Origin: a virus
Lineage: Duplodnaviria; Caudoviricetes
Direction: 5' to 3' (one strand)
Length of the DNA: 62,424 bases
IMG/VR virus record: IMGVR_UViG_3300042397_000683
Coordinates: 1-62,424 of that record
The notes under the pieces are model-generated. The model was not told the DNA's origin. It did not search any database and saw only the letters and a program-made list of their open reading frames with translations. A program made the position numbers and the translations under genes. Positions 20,012-28,589 of this stretch are shown piece by piece. Each line of letters starts with the position of its first letter. The first letter of the stretch is position 1.

Positions 20012-20158
20012 TTACTTTGCATCTACATCTTCATCAAACAAATCCTCTCCTTTATAGTCAGGATGGTTCTTATGCATATAATCTATGCCGCTTACCCAGT
20101 TATGGGCAACAACAACTGCTACCCCTATTGAGATTAGAAAAATAATTAGATATGTCAT
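20012..20158 (-). CDS. Small membrane protein (48 aa, not in ORF track)
   Basis: MTYLIIFLISIGVAVVVAHNWVSGIDYMHKNHPDYKGEDLFDEDVDAK; fills the gap exactly. Confidence 0.65.
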   Translation of the reverse strand: MTYLIIFLISIGVAVVVAHNWVSGIDYMHKNHPDYKGEDLFDEDVDAK

Positions 20159-20161
20159 AAT

Positions 20162-20395
20162 CTATAAGTCTTCGTTAAATCTATCTGCTCTTGCTTCGCT
20201 ATTTACACTAGGGTCTGATGTAGCATAAATCTCAAATCGCACCTCTTGCCAATAGGCAGAATCCTGTTCTGAATCAGTCAGGTCGTCAATAATCTCATAC
20301 ACAGCCAACGCTGCTGCTTGCTTTGCTGCATCAAAATCTGGATAGATATTCTGATATTTTGCAATTAAATCTTTTGCCTTGTCGTAAGGTTTCAT
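20162..20395 (-). CDS. Conserved hypothetical phage protein
   Basis: 'AKQAAALAVYEII...YWQEV' motif. Confidence 0.65.
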   Translation of the reverse strand: MKPYDKAKDLIAKYQNIYPDFDAAKQAAALAVYEIIDDLTDSEQDSAYWQEVRFEIYATSDPSVNSEARADRFNEDL

Positions 20396-20399
20396 AATT

Positions 20400-20942
20400 C
20401 TATTGTTTATCGTTTAGTAAATCTTTTTCATAAATAGCGTGCGCTACAGTTTTAGCGTACACAGGTTTCTTATACATACCCTTTAGTTCAGTTGCTTTAA
20501 CAAAATAGCATTCGAACTTCTTGCTTACTGGCCTCAATGCAACAAATGCAACAATGTCATCTTCGGCTGGGCTATCTACCAAGGGGTCTTCTGTTGAAAA
20601 CAACCACGATGTCGCAATCCATTCTGTAGCATTACAACACTTAACGTGAATCTTCTTGCCGTCTGCTACTAAATCAGCCGCGTGAGAACGGTGTTCTTTG
20701 GCGTATATGACGACATCAGGAGGGGAGATGAACTTATACTTACCAGAGGATAAAAGCGTGTTAAATACGGCATATTCTCCCATCTTACCTAGGTAAGCAT
20801 ATTGCTCTATTTTCTTTGGCTCCCCAGTCCCTTTGGCAGAATAAATCCTACCTCGCTCAATTACACTTTCTTTTGCGAACAGGTCGCACAGCTTCTCTTG
20901 GTAACTGCTCGGCTCTATCAGACTTATCTTTTTTACTTGCAT
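20400..20942 (-). CDS. Putative PD-(D/E)XK-type nuclease
   Basis: 'GKMGE...ADL...IHVK' arrangement resembles the restriction-endonuclease fold. Confidence 0.45.
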   Translation of the reverse strand: MQVKKISLIEPSSYQEKLCDLFAKESVIERGRIYSAKGTGEPKKIEQYAYLGKMGEYAVFNTLLSSGKYKFISPPDVVIYAKEHRSHAADLVADGKKIHVKCCNATEWIATSWLFSTEDPLVDSPAEDDIVAFVALRPVSKKFECYFVKATELKGMYKKPVYAKTVAHAIYEKDLLNDKQ

Positions 20943-21324
20943 AGGATAAAATTGTAAATGTCATTTTATAATGTTTCTTCCCCATTGTTTCTACGGGAAT
21001 CATAGATACCTTCTTGCAATATTTCTTAGTGTCGTCCGTTAAGATATTAATATGGCGCAAAAAATCTTCGCCAATCTTAATCATAATGACTGTGTTAGTT
21101 GGGTCTAGACGAGAGTTGTACTCTAACTTAACCTCGTATAGCTCCACCTGTTTGTATTTCTTATCTAATAGTTTGGCAAATAATACGTGGAAAAAATCCT
21201 TGTACTTGTTTCTTACAGTCCAATGTTTGCCAGCAAAGAACTTATTTAAGCTGACGTCTACGTCGTGCCATTCAAATACTATTTCGTCTCGTTCCACGTA
21301 TCTAAATTTAGCAGTTCGTCCCAA
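20857..21324 (-). CDS. RusA-like Holliday junction resolvase
   Basis: 'SLNKFFAGKHW..R.KYK', 'RLDPTN...K..ED...ILTDDT' motifs; true start may be GTG 21297. Confidence 0.65.
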   Translation of the reverse strand: MGRTAKFRYVERDEIVFEWHDVDVSLNKFFAGKHWTVRNKYKDFFHVLFAKLLDKKYKQVELYEVKLEYNSRLDPTNTVIMIKIGEDFLRHINILTDDTKKYCKKVSMIPVETMGKKHYKMTFTILSYASKKDKSDRAEQLPREAVRPVRKRKCN

Positions 21325-21494
21325 TTTTGTTTAACTAACGCCCACCATACCCTATCGTCTTCGTGCTTAAATCTAATTTGTTCTATATCTTTTAGCAGGT
21401 AGTCGATAATCTTAGCAGGGTCTTTCCTTGTCAATAGCATAAACAGCAACTCTTCCGCTTTCTCATCGGGTTTCTTTGTTCTTATTTTGCTCAT
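21279..21494 (-). CDS. Hypothetical protein
   Basis: Overlapping, operon-packed ORF. Confidence 0.55.
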   Translation of the reverse strand: MSKIRTKKPDEKAEELLFMLLTRKDPAKIIDYLLKDIEQIRFKHEDDRVWWALVKQNWDELLNLDTWNETK

Positions 21495-21739
21495 TGATTT
21501 AGACGAATAACTCTTCCGTTAACCTTAACTTCTATCTTCATAGACACTCGGTATCCGCTATCCTTTAGTGTATCAACCATTCTCTTCAGGAGGTTGAATC
21601 CAATGCGACGTCTACCATTTTCCAACGCAGATAGTTGCGGAATTTTATTGATGCCGACTACTTCGACAAATTGAGATTGAGACAACCCAAGGAGGGTTCT
21701 AATCTGCTTTACTATGTTATCGCTGTTTGTATCTTCCAT
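21491..21739 (-). CDS. XRE-family helix-turn-helix protein
   Basis: 'IRTLLGLSQSQFVEVVGI...LSALENGRR' HTH signature. Confidence 0.8.
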   Translation of the reverse strand: MEDTNSDNIVKQIRTLLGLSQSQFVEVVGINKIPQLSALENGRRRIGFNLLKRMVDTLKDSGYRVSMKIEVKVNGRVIRLNQ

Positions 21740-21790
21740 TTTAGCATAAATGGTGCTACAGATTTACCCATAGCACCATCGGTTTGTTTA

Positions 21791-21901
21791 CTACTTATAC
21801 TGAGCAAGCTTCACTTTAGCTTCCTCTTTTTCTTTTTTGTAATGCTTCTTCAGCTCATTATCGATGTGCTGAACCCAAGCGTTGAAACTTAATCCTTGCA
21901 T
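21791..21901 (-). CDS. Small hypothetical protein (36 aa, not in ORF track)
   Basis: MQGLSFNAWVQHIDNELKKHYKKEKEEAKVKLAQYK fills the gap. Confidence 0.5.
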   Translation of the reverse strand: MQGLSFNAWVQHIDNELKKHYKKEKEEAKVKLAQYK

Positions 21902-21907
21902 AACTTA

Positions 21908-22378
21908 TTATTTAAGTGTGACACGAATGGTTGTAGAACTTGATTTGGCGGCAGGGAAGAACTCGTGGGTTTCTCCAGTCTCTTCATCTACTATAGTAGT
22001 CTTAGATTTAAGAGTCTTAATAAATGCTTCCACTTCTTTAAGCTTCTTAGATTCAGATTCTACTATTTTCTTTTGTTCAGACCAAGACCCAGTTGCACTA
22101 AAGTCAAACTTAGGCGCCGCCTCCACTACTTTTAGTGTAGCGCCTAGAACTTCATTCTCTTCCCTGTCATAGCCCCTTAACTCGGCAATAGCATATTCTT
22201 TTAAGCCTTTTTCTAGCTCCTCTAATAAGAAAATAAATTTCCTGCATAGTGCTAAATCTTTTAAAGGCTCTCCGCCATTCATAGCTAAGTCTTCAAGATA
22301 TGTATCCACCATCACAACCATACCAGCCTTGTCGGCTGATAAGATTGGGCTATCTTTTAATTTTACTAATTCATTCAT
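21908..22378 (-). CDS. Conserved hypothetical protein next to SSB-like gene
   Basis: Helical protein with 'VDEETGE' C-terminal motif. Confidence 0.6.
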   Translation of the reverse strand: MNELVKLKDSPILSADKAGMVVMVDTYLEDLAMNGGEPLKDLALCRKFIFLLEELEKGLKEYAIAELRGYDREENEVLGATLKVVEAAPKFDFSATGSWSEQKKIVESESKKLKEVEAFIKTLKSKTTIVDEETGETHEFFPAAKSSSTTIRVTLK

Positions 22379-22389
22379 ATCTATGATTA

Positions 22390-23088
22390 TTAAAATGGTA
22401 ATCCGTCAAATTCATCTGCTTGCACAACAGGTGCTACTTCTTCAGCTACTGCATCTACAATCGCTGGAGCGGGGCTTGGTGCACCTTCTCTTGACTTGAA
22501 GTACTCCATTAATGAATCATAAGCTTTATCAGAACTCTCTGATATATTCATTGATATAGCTCCACCTACTGCAAATAATGGCACAGAGTATTTAATTGCT
22601 CCGTTCTTTCTGTCATCAGCTCCTTTGATTTCGATATAGCTACCTAAGAAGCTCTTACGATTTGAAGTAGCAAAGTCAGACCATTCTTTCAGTGCAGCAC
22701 CCTTCATAGCGATGTTGATAACACCAAGCGTATCTGAGTAAGCATAAAGACTTACGTGGTAATCTCCACCGATATCGCCTAGCTTAGCTTTGATTTCTTG
22801 GTAGAATCCTTCCGCTAATGTAATTGGGCTCTTAAATGAACGAACTATAAATTTCTCATTCTTGGTATTCGATACGTCGTTTGAATAGATAGACGACTGA
22901 GTACCAGCGTGGAATCCCTTGATAGTTGCTTTCGCATCTAAAAAGATAATACTCATAGGCAACTCTACAAAAATATTACTGCCCTTCTCTTTGTCATAAT
23001 AGTAGAACTTTTTTTCTGGCGATGACCAGCTTAAATACTTCTGTACTGGGGATGACGCCCCTGTCTTGAACGCTTCTGCTCTTGGCAT
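22390..23088 (-). CDS. Putative ssDNA-binding / recombination protein
   Basis: Beta-rich core, Pro/Ala linker and acidic SSB-type tail 'DEFDGLPF'; has its own promoter. Confidence 0.55.
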   Translation of the reverse strand: MPRAEAFKTGASSPVQKYLSWSSPEKKFYYYDKEKGSNIFVELPMSIIFLDAKATIKGFHAGTQSSIYSNDVSNTKNEKFIVRSFKSPITLAEGFYQEIKAKLGDIGGDYHVSLYAYSDTLGVINIAMKGAALKEWSDFATSNRKSFLGSYIEIKGADDRKNGAIKYSVPLFAVGGAISMNISESSDKAYDSLMEYFKSREGAPSPAPAIVDAVAEEVAPVVQADEFDGLPF

Positions 23089-23112
23089 ATTGTTATTTGT
23101 TTGGTTACGATG

Positions 23113-23143
23113 TAAAGGTACAACATTAAATTAATAAAACAAA
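23113..23143 (-). promoter_or_regulatory. Bacteroidota-type promoter for SSB-like gene
   Basis: TTTG...TACCTTTA (variant -7) followed by a CGTAACCAAACAA leader. Confidence 0.55.
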
Positions 23144-23163
23144 ATGTTTATAGTTGAGGCTAG

Positions 23164-23195
23164 AAAAAAGACGGAAAACAAAGCTCTCCGCCTTT
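23164..23195 (-). terminator. Intrinsic terminator
   Basis: Minus strand AGGCGGAGAGC-TTT-GTTTTCCGTCT followed by a T run. Confidence 0.7.
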
Positions 23196-23231
23196 CAAAT
23201 TAACTTATTCAATCACAAAACAAAACTGTTA

Positions 23232-23591
23232 CTAATAATGCCAACCGTATTTTAGGTAATTTGGTTTCGGTTTATCTTCAGCAGGCTCCATATCCTTATC
23301 AAATCTTGTGCCAACCGTATAGTACTTAATGGATGTAGACTTAATGTCTCTTGCAATATCCATATCTGCCAATTGTTCTTCTAAAGCCTTAATGTCTTGC
23401 TTAAGACGCGTAAGATAAAGGATGTTATCCATTTGCTCTTCTATCGCGGCATCAATCCAATCGATAGTAGAGTAATCTGTTCTGTCCAGCGTTATGCCAT
23501 ACTTAGCAATTCCAATCTCTGAACGTGTTCTTATTTTATTTATTACGGCTTCTACAATTGAATCCACCGCTTGCTCTTTATTCGACTCCAT
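23232..23591 (-). CDS. Conserved phage protein, possibly MazG-like nucleotide pyrophosphohydrolase fold
   Basis: 'GIAKYGITLDRTD...W...AIEEQMD..LY' motif; start MESNK preferred over the ORF-track start 23630. Confidence 0.55.
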   Translation of the reverse strand: MESNKEQAVDSIVEAVINKIRTRSEIGIAKYGITLDRTDYSTIDWIDAAIEEQMDNILYLTRLKQDIKALEEQLADMDIARDIKSTSIKYYTVGTRFDKDMEPAEDKPKPNYLKYGWHY

Positions 23592-23937
23592 ATTCTTTAA
23601 AAATTTCTGATACCTTAGTTGCACATTCAATATTTTTATCGTTATCCAATAGTTGCATCTTTAGCCCTATCTCAAAAAAGTAATCCGACTGCTGTGATGC
23701 ATTAACGAATTGCTCTACAACAGATACAGAATCTCCGCCGTCTCCCGCTTTAATCAAAGCGTCAACCTGCGCCTCCATTTCCTTTACTAAAAGGTTTGAG
23801 TACTGCTTAATTTTGTGATAATGAAAATTAGATGGCACTACTTTTTCATCTATAAAATCTCGTAAAGACTGGCATTTTGCGTAGTAGCAAATCATATTCC
23901 GAATCTCTTGGTCGTCTAAGGGTCTTCTTTTTGTCAT
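23578..23937 (-). CDS. Hypothetical protein
   Basis: ATG 23937 is preceded by an AACCAAACAA leader (ORF-track start 23991). Confidence 0.6.
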   Translation of the reverse strand: MTKRRPLDDQEIRNMICYYAKCQSLRDFIDEKVVPSNFHYHKIKQYSNLLVKEMEAQVDALIKAGDGGDSVSVVEQFVNASQQSDYFFEIGLKMQLLDNDKNIECATKVSEIFKEYGVE

Positions 23938-23968
23938 TGGTATTGTTTGGTTTGCTTTAATTAATTCA

Positions 23969-24214
23969 TTAATACCAATCTGTATCAACAAACAAAGGAG
24001 AGCCTTCTCCTAGGCTACCTCTTACGTTGTATTCAAAGTGGTCGATAGCGTCATCTAAGCTCATACCTTCTTCCATTAGTATTTCTATACATAGCTGAAC
24101 AGAATATACTAACTTCATTTGCTGTTGCTCTAGTCCAATTACAGCGCTGTCGAATCCCTCTGCTTTTATAAGCTGTGCGTCTTCGTCTAAGTGCTCTAGT
24201 ATTTTATCTATCAT
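23969..24214 (-). CDS. Conserved hypothetical phage protein
   Basis: 'GFDSAVIG...VYS...CIEIL...A.DHFEYNV.GS..GE.SP.F' motif. Confidence 0.7.
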   Translation of the reverse strand: MIDKILEHLDEDAQLIKAEGFDSAVIGLEQQQMKLVYSVQLCIEILMEEGMSLDDAIDHFEYNVRGSLGEGSPLFVDTDWY

Positions 24215-24233
24215 AACTAAAATCTAATGGCAA

Positions 24234-24704
24234 CTATTGGTATTGTTTAGCTTTTAATCTTGCTATCATTGCATTCTTCCTAGCGTTATTTAACTCAAAG
24301 AATTTTAGTATTTGATACGAAGTATATCCCATCATATAGGCTTGGAACATAAAATCGTCTCGCATTAACTGCACTTGTTTCCTATTGCTATAATGCAAAA
24401 ACTCCTGCATATCAGCGTCTCGGAACTTCTTCTTTGCTTTGTTAGCCATTATGCATTTCTTGGCTAGGCTAAACAAGAAGTCATTATCTTTCTTAATCTG
24501 TTCTGCTTCAATTTCAAATTTGGTAGGCTTTCTTGGCTTAAATGGATACTTTTTAATGTATATTCTACACTTGGTATTCATCTTCACAACGCACCGCTCC
24601 TTGCAACTTTCGCAATAAACAACCCTATTAATCTTTTCTTCTAATAAATCTGGGTCAAACTCATTGAAGCAATAAGGGCATTTGGTTACATCTCCCCTAA
24701 TCAT
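24234..24704 (-). CDS. Zinc-ribbon protein
   Basis: N-terminal CPYC...CESC. Confidence 0.6.
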   Translation of the reverse strand: MIRGDVTKCPYCFNEFDPDLLEEKINRVVYCESCKERCVVKMNTKCRIYIKKYPFKPRKPTKFEIEAEQIKKDNDFLFSLAKKCIMANKAKKKFRDADMQEFLHYSNRKQVQLMRDDFMFQAYMMGYTSYQILKFFELNNARKNAMIARLKAKQYQ

Positions 24705-24706
24705 AT

Positions 24707-24898
24707 CTAAATGTCGCTAGAAAACTTACTTTTTTCAAGTTTACCAACCTTACCTAGTAGCCACTTCAACTCATCAATTCGCGTTACAAGCTCATCCTCT
24801 TTTTCAGGAGGAACCACTTCGGTTAACTTTAGTTTGCGCTCATCTTGAAGCTTAACTTTAAGGTCGGCAATCCTGTTAAATATTATTTTCTTTATCAT
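24707..24898 (-). CDS. Hypothetical protein
   Basis: Operon-packed ORF. Confidence 0.55.
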   Translation of the reverse strand: MIKKIIFNRIADLKVKLQDERKLKLTEVVPPEKEDELVTRIDELKWLLGKVGKLEKSKFSSDI

Positions 24899-24911
24899 AT
24901 TAATAATCTAG

Positions 24912-25036
24912 TAGCCAGGACAGGGCTCGAACCTGTAAAAATTAAATGCTTTATAGACTTATTACATTTAACGCGTCTACCATTATCAACCACATTGGCT
25001 TTTAAACCGCTATGGCAAATATTCCGCCACCTGACT
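24912..25036 (-). ncRNA. tRNA-like RNA (Leu-type scaffold) with D-loop insertion and non-canonical anticodon arm
   Basis: Acceptor stem AGTCAGG/CCTGGCT; T-arm ACAGG-TTCGAGC-CCTGT; D-arm halves TGGCGGAAT and GGTAGACGC separated by about 39 nt. Confidence 0.7.
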
Positions 25037-25097
25037 GTAAAATGACTGGAGCTCAGTTCTTATGGTATGAACTCCAGTACTGTTTTCAACCCTGACC

Positions 25098-25128
25098 CAA
25101 AGGTATGTAAACAAATTGTTTAATGCAA
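25098..25128 (-). promoter_or_regulatory. Bacteroidota promoter upstream of tRNA-like RNA
   Basis: TTG...TACCTTTG on the minus strand. Confidence 0.65.
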
Positions 25129-25135
25129 GAGTTTG

Positions 25136-25366
25136 TTAATTTATTTTTGTAACATAATTCTTAAATTCCCTAATCCGCCTGTATGCCGCTTGTTGCTCTC
25201 TTCCGCCAGCGTGTCGCAATCTTTCTAGTGACACAGATATAAAAAATAAGTCATCGTGAATAATCTCTCCCTGCTTCATTGACATCTGCTTTGGCTCTGT
25301 ATTGTTAGCTAGGTAGGCTTCTGCCCAGTCCTCTGCCATCTTATGGTACTTATCCTTCTCAGTCAT
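25136..25366 (-). CDS. Hypothetical protein
   Basis: Operon-packed ORF. Confidence 0.6.
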   Translation of the reverse strand: MTEKDKYHKMAEDWAEAYLANNTEPKQMSMKQGEIIHDDLFFISVSLERLRHAGGREQQAAYRRIREFKNYVTKIN

Positions 25367-25625
25367 TGCCTAAGTATTTTTTAACTAGTGCCACAATTTG
25401 GTAAACCTTTCTGCTTACAATTCTATGAAATGTAAACGGTTGCTTTTTATTAAACCAGTCTTCGCCCATTTCAAAAAACTCAATTGTACAATAATGGGAA
25501 GAGTTACTATTCCTAAGCACAACAAGATTGATTGAGTCGTCCACCTTCAGGTACGGTATTCCGTTTTCTTTTAGGTATTTTTCCACTTCTTTGCTGGCTG
25601 TCTTTAGTCCCCTAGTCGTTCTCAT
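25359..25625 (-). CDS. Hypothetical protein
   Basis: Operon-packed ORF. Confidence 0.6.
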   Translation of the reverse strand: MRTTRGLKTASKEVEKYLKENGIPYLKVDDSINLVVLRNSNSSHYCTIEFFEMGEDWFNKKQPFTFHRIVSRKVYQIVALVKKYLGND

Positions 25626-25896
25626 AGTCGTATATTAATAAAAATCTTGCTATTAAATTTTCGTCAAAATAAACGTAGTCGTTATCAGAGAATCTAATCT
25701 CTCCGTCAATAGATGTCATCTTGTACTTCTTGATGAACTTAATGAAATCACTAAGTATTAAATTAGGGTCAGATAGCTTAGCATTAACATTGCCTTGCAC
25801 TATCTTGCCGTGCTCATACCCTCTTTGGTATGCTGTTCGTACCGAAATCTCTGCTTCGTCTACGATGTCTTCTACTGGGTCATTTATCTTTTCCAT
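25612..25896 (-). CDS. Hypothetical protein
   Basis: Operon-packed ORF. Confidence 0.6.
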   Translation of the reverse strand: MEKINDPVEDIVDEAEISVRTAYQRGYEHGKIVQGNVNAKLSDPNLILSDFIKFIKKYKMTSIDGEIRFSDNDYVYFDENLIARFLLIYDYEND

Positions 25897-25898
25897 AT

Positions 25899-26141
25899 TT
25901 AAGCAAAGGGCTTAGGTGTTGGTTTGCCATAATTCACGTCGTAATATTGGACTGCATCATCGTGAGCTAATATCTGATAATCTAAGTAGCCGTAATTATA
26001 GGCATCTTCTATTTGCTCTCTCTCCTTAACTAACAAGGATTCAATCTTCTCTTCAATCATTCTTGGTGTGTCTAAGTCCATTGGTAATGTCCTCCTTGTC
26101 CACTCCAATAATTCTTGCATTGCTGTTTTATTCTCTCCCAT
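25899..26141 (-). CDS. Small protein, 'KTA..(E)...EKEQI...QYY...Y' family, paralogue 1
   Basis: Similar to the neighbouring ORF; start MGENK preferred over 26171. Confidence 0.65.
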   Translation of the reverse strand: MGENKTAMQELLEWTRRTLPMDLDTPRMIEEKIESLLVKEREQIEDAYNYGYLDYQILAHDDAVQYYDVNYGKPTPKPFA

Positions 26142-26373
26142 AAGTTTCGTTGTAGTATTGTTCTGCTTCATCTTTAAGGATATCTGTGCCTGTTTTACTC
26201 ATATCTACATTATGTAGATGCAAAGCAAATTTTATCATCTGCTCTTTCTCCCTTGCTTTGGCTCGCTCTCTAATTTCATATAATGTTAAATATCTGCCTC
26301 CAATAAAAATTGCATTTTCATTTTGTAGCATTTTATCCATTAACCATTCTACTGCTGTTTGTTTATCCTTCAT
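26128..26373 (-). CDS. Small protein, 'KQTAVEWL...EKEQ...AEQYYNETY' family, paralogue 2
   Basis: Motif I recognise from Bacteroidota-infecting aquatic phages. Confidence 0.7.
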   Translation of the reverse strand: MKDKQTAVEWLMDKMLQNENAIFIGGRYLTLYEIRERAKAREKEQMIKFALHLHNVDMSKTGTDILKDEAEQYYNETYGRE

Positions 26374-27001
26374 TATCTTCTTGTTTAAACTCCGTCATGT
26401 ATTTATAGTCCGTAGTATAGTTAGTCTTATTCTCAATAGAGTACACCGTCATGTCAATCCTATAACCAGGGTTGCCTGATATACGATTGTATGTCCAAGC
26501 GTTATCCATCCAAATGATTCTGTTGTTAGGATAGATAAAGTAATTGCCGTTATCCATCTTAAATACGTGCCCACACTTATGTTCAGGTGTCTCAGAGAAG
26601 TTGGTATCTAGCATACCTTTGTTCTCAAATGCCCAATCTAAAGTGAACAAGTAAATCCCTTGCCTCTTTACGCCTGTGATAGATATAAGGTCAGCCTTTA
26701 AGCCTGACATCCTAGCCCTTACTTGTACGTCTACGTATGAGCTAAAGCAGTCCCAATAGATGTGCTCACTAAGTGGTAATATCTCGGCATCTTCTTTCCA
26801 ACAGAATGCGTGGATAGGTCTTCTTGTCCAGTTGACTCCATTCTCAAGGAACGCCTCAAACAAAGGGACTCTCTTTTCAATTGATGCCACCGAGTGCACA
26901 TCGCATAGCGTGTGTTCCCCGTGTCCTGATTCGCCGTTAAACAAAAACTCGTTGCGAATAAAACAAGTTAGTGTTGGAATGTTATGATTCAAGTATGGCA
27001 T
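26363..27001 (-). CDS. Conserved hypothetical phage protein
   Basis: 'MPYLNHNIP...R.PIHAF...WDCFS...YLFTLDW...EHKCGH...YPNNRIIW'; ATG 27001 preferred over 27061. Confidence 0.7.
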   Translation of the reverse strand: MPYLNHNIPTLTCFIRNEFLFNGESGHGEHTLCDVHSVASIEKRVPLFEAFLENGVNWTRRPIHAFCWKEDAEILPLSEHIYWDCFSSYVDVQVRARMSGLKADLISITGVKRQGIYLFTLDWAFENKGMLDTNFSETPEHKCGHVFKMDNGNYFIYPNNRIIWMDNAWTYNRISGNPGYRIDMTVYSIENKTNYTTDYKYMTEFKQEDNEG

Positions 27002-27176
27002 CGTATTGTTCTTTATTGTTGTTATATCCTTCATTGTCCCAAAAATAATCGCATTGACCATCTTTAATGGGTGGATTCATAAAGAATGATTGGTAGTCAC
27101 TTGCTTTTGCTGTGTGCCTGTAGCAAAATTGCTTCTTTGGACACTCTTCGCCCCTACACATTGTTATATCAGGCAT
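26982..27176 (-). CDS. Small Cys-rich 'MPDITMC' family protein
   Basis: MPDITMC...CP....CYR...YQSFF..PP.....C.YFW. Confidence 0.7.
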   Translation of the reverse strand: MPDITMCRGEECPKKQFCYRHTAKASDYQSFFMNPPIKDGQCDYFWDNEGYNNNKEQYDAILES

Positions 27177-27561
27177 TATCTTGTTGTTTTAGTTTTTTAT
27201 CAGCATTAACAAACGCCAACTCTCTTAAATTTTCTTTTATTTTAGATATAAAAAATATATCTGATTTACCTCGATTAGAGTTTACTGCGTCATCAATTAT
27301 TTTAAAAACTTCTTTTCTCGATAATACTGGATTGTCCCAGCCAAAATATTCAGGATTAATGTCCTCCCTGTTCTGAGAAAAACCAGCTAATTTGTATTCC
27401 GTAAAAGATAAATCCCTTAGTAATACTCCCCAATAACGAACTCGTGTATTCGTACAGCTATCAAATTTCACGCAAACTGAAGAATCAACTTCTTCTACTG
27501 CCCCCCATCCGTATGTATAATCGAACACCCTGTCTCCTTTTTTAAAAACTGTTTCCATCAT
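27169..27561 (-). CDS. Hypothetical protein (SH3-like N-terminus)
   Basis: 'FKKGDRVFDYTYGWG.V...LSFTEY...GFSQ.R'. Confidence 0.65.
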   Translation of the reverse strand: MMETVFKKGDRVFDYTYGWGAVEEVDSSVCVKFDSCTNTRVRYWGVLLRDLSFTEYKLAGFSQNREDINPEYFGWDNPVLSRKEVFKIIDDAVNSNRGKSDIFFISKIKENLRELAFVNADKKLKQQDNA

Positions 27562-28337
27562 TTCCTTATTTTTAAATAGTCATCAATCATTAACATTACA
27601 TACTGCGTGTAATCAGGTATCTGAACAATCTGATACTTTTCTAGGCTCTCGTGAACGTGTATAACGTACATCCGACCTATCTTAATATTAGTCTTCTTCT
27701 CTATAATTAGCTTATACAAAGAAAGCTGAAGCCCGAACGATGTTATCTCGCAGTCGGATAAAAACGCAATAGGTGCTTTCATTCGTTTGCCGTACTTAGA
27801 TTTATCTCGAATCTCCTTAGAGGTCTTCCAATCATAAATCTGATACTCCTCCATTTTACTGTTCCAATACAATTGGTCAATCATACCTGATATTCCCCAG
27901 TCTTCATCTCCAATAACAAGCTCTGACTTAATTGGAACTAACGTAGCTGATGAATCTTGGTAGAACTGCATCCATAACTTAACGCAAGCATCGTATATGT
28001 CTTTGATTACATCTTCTTCAGCTACAATCTTAGCCGCCAAACTTGCGTCATACGGAAAGATTTTGTTGTTCAGGTAATTCTCAGCGTAAGCGTGAAAAAG
28101 CGTGCCTCTCGTGGAAGCTATCACTTTCTTCATATCCCATTCTGCTAGCAGTTCTTCGGGTTCAACGCCTTTCTTCTTAGCAGAAGATTTCGCCATCATA
28201 AGAGACTCGAACTTTGGTTTATATAAGCCGACGAATGTCGTGCCAGATATAAGCTCCTGCTCTCCGATGTAATACTTATGAGGCTCGTCAAAGTACTTGA
28301 TATGGTTGAATTTGGCTAACTCTAAGAAGATGTTCAT
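27558..28337 (-). CDS. PD-(D/E)XK exonuclease (Cas4/RecB-like)
   Basis: 'RGTLFH..AE', 'SE', 'SGMID', 'IYDWKT', 'QLSLY' motifs. Confidence 0.85.
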   Translation of the reverse strand: MNIFLELAKFNHIKYFDEPHKYYIGEQELISGTTFVGLYKPKFESLMMAKSSAKKKGVEPEELLAEWDMKKVIASTRGTLFHAYAENYLNNKIFPYDASLAAKIVAEEDVIKDIYDACVKLWMQFYQDSSATLVPIKSELVIGDEDWGISGMIDQLYWNSKMEEYQIYDWKTSKEIRDKSKYGKRMKAPIAFLSDCEITSFGLQLSLYKLIIEKKTNIKIGRMYVIHVHESLEKYQIVQIPDYTQYVMLMIDDYLKIRK

Positions 28338-28588
28338 TTGGTTTCGTTTATTTCGATTATGTAGTTTCCTTTAATGAGTATGGATTTCCCGTAGGCATCA
28401 AACAGTAGCTGTCCGCCCATTACCCTAAAATTATCTACACGATAGGTTTCTCCTTGCGAATAGATTGTGTATTTCGTATCATTATCTTTTCCGAAAACTG
28501 CTGTCAAAACAGCTAATCCTATTAATAAAATAATTGCTGTGTATTCAAGCCTGTATGGCTTATTTAAGTAATTGTGTAATCTTCTCAT
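28334..28588 (-). CDS. Small membrane-anchored protein
   Basis: One hydrophobic segment; operon-packed. Confidence 0.55.
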   Translation of the reverse strand: MRRLHNYLNKPYRLEYTAIILLIGLAVLTAVFGKDNDTKYTIYSQGETYRVDNFRVMGGQLLFDAYGKSILIKGNYIIEINETK

Positions 28589-28589
28589 A

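Noticed and set aside
21491-21739. Lysogeny repressor / temperate lifestyle
   Set aside because: No integrase, partition genes or divergent cI/cro switch seen; the HTH gene lies inside a middle operon
24930-24972. Amber-suppressor anticodon (CTA) in the tRNA-like RNA, or stop-codon recoding
   Set aside because: CTA is not in a 7-nt loop closed by a 5-bp stem; TAG ends normal genes (693, 925, 44947) and long ORFs are intact under code 11
27558-28337. cas4 as part of a CRISPR-Cas system
   Set aside because: No array or other cas genes; typical stand-alone phage exonuclease beside dnaB
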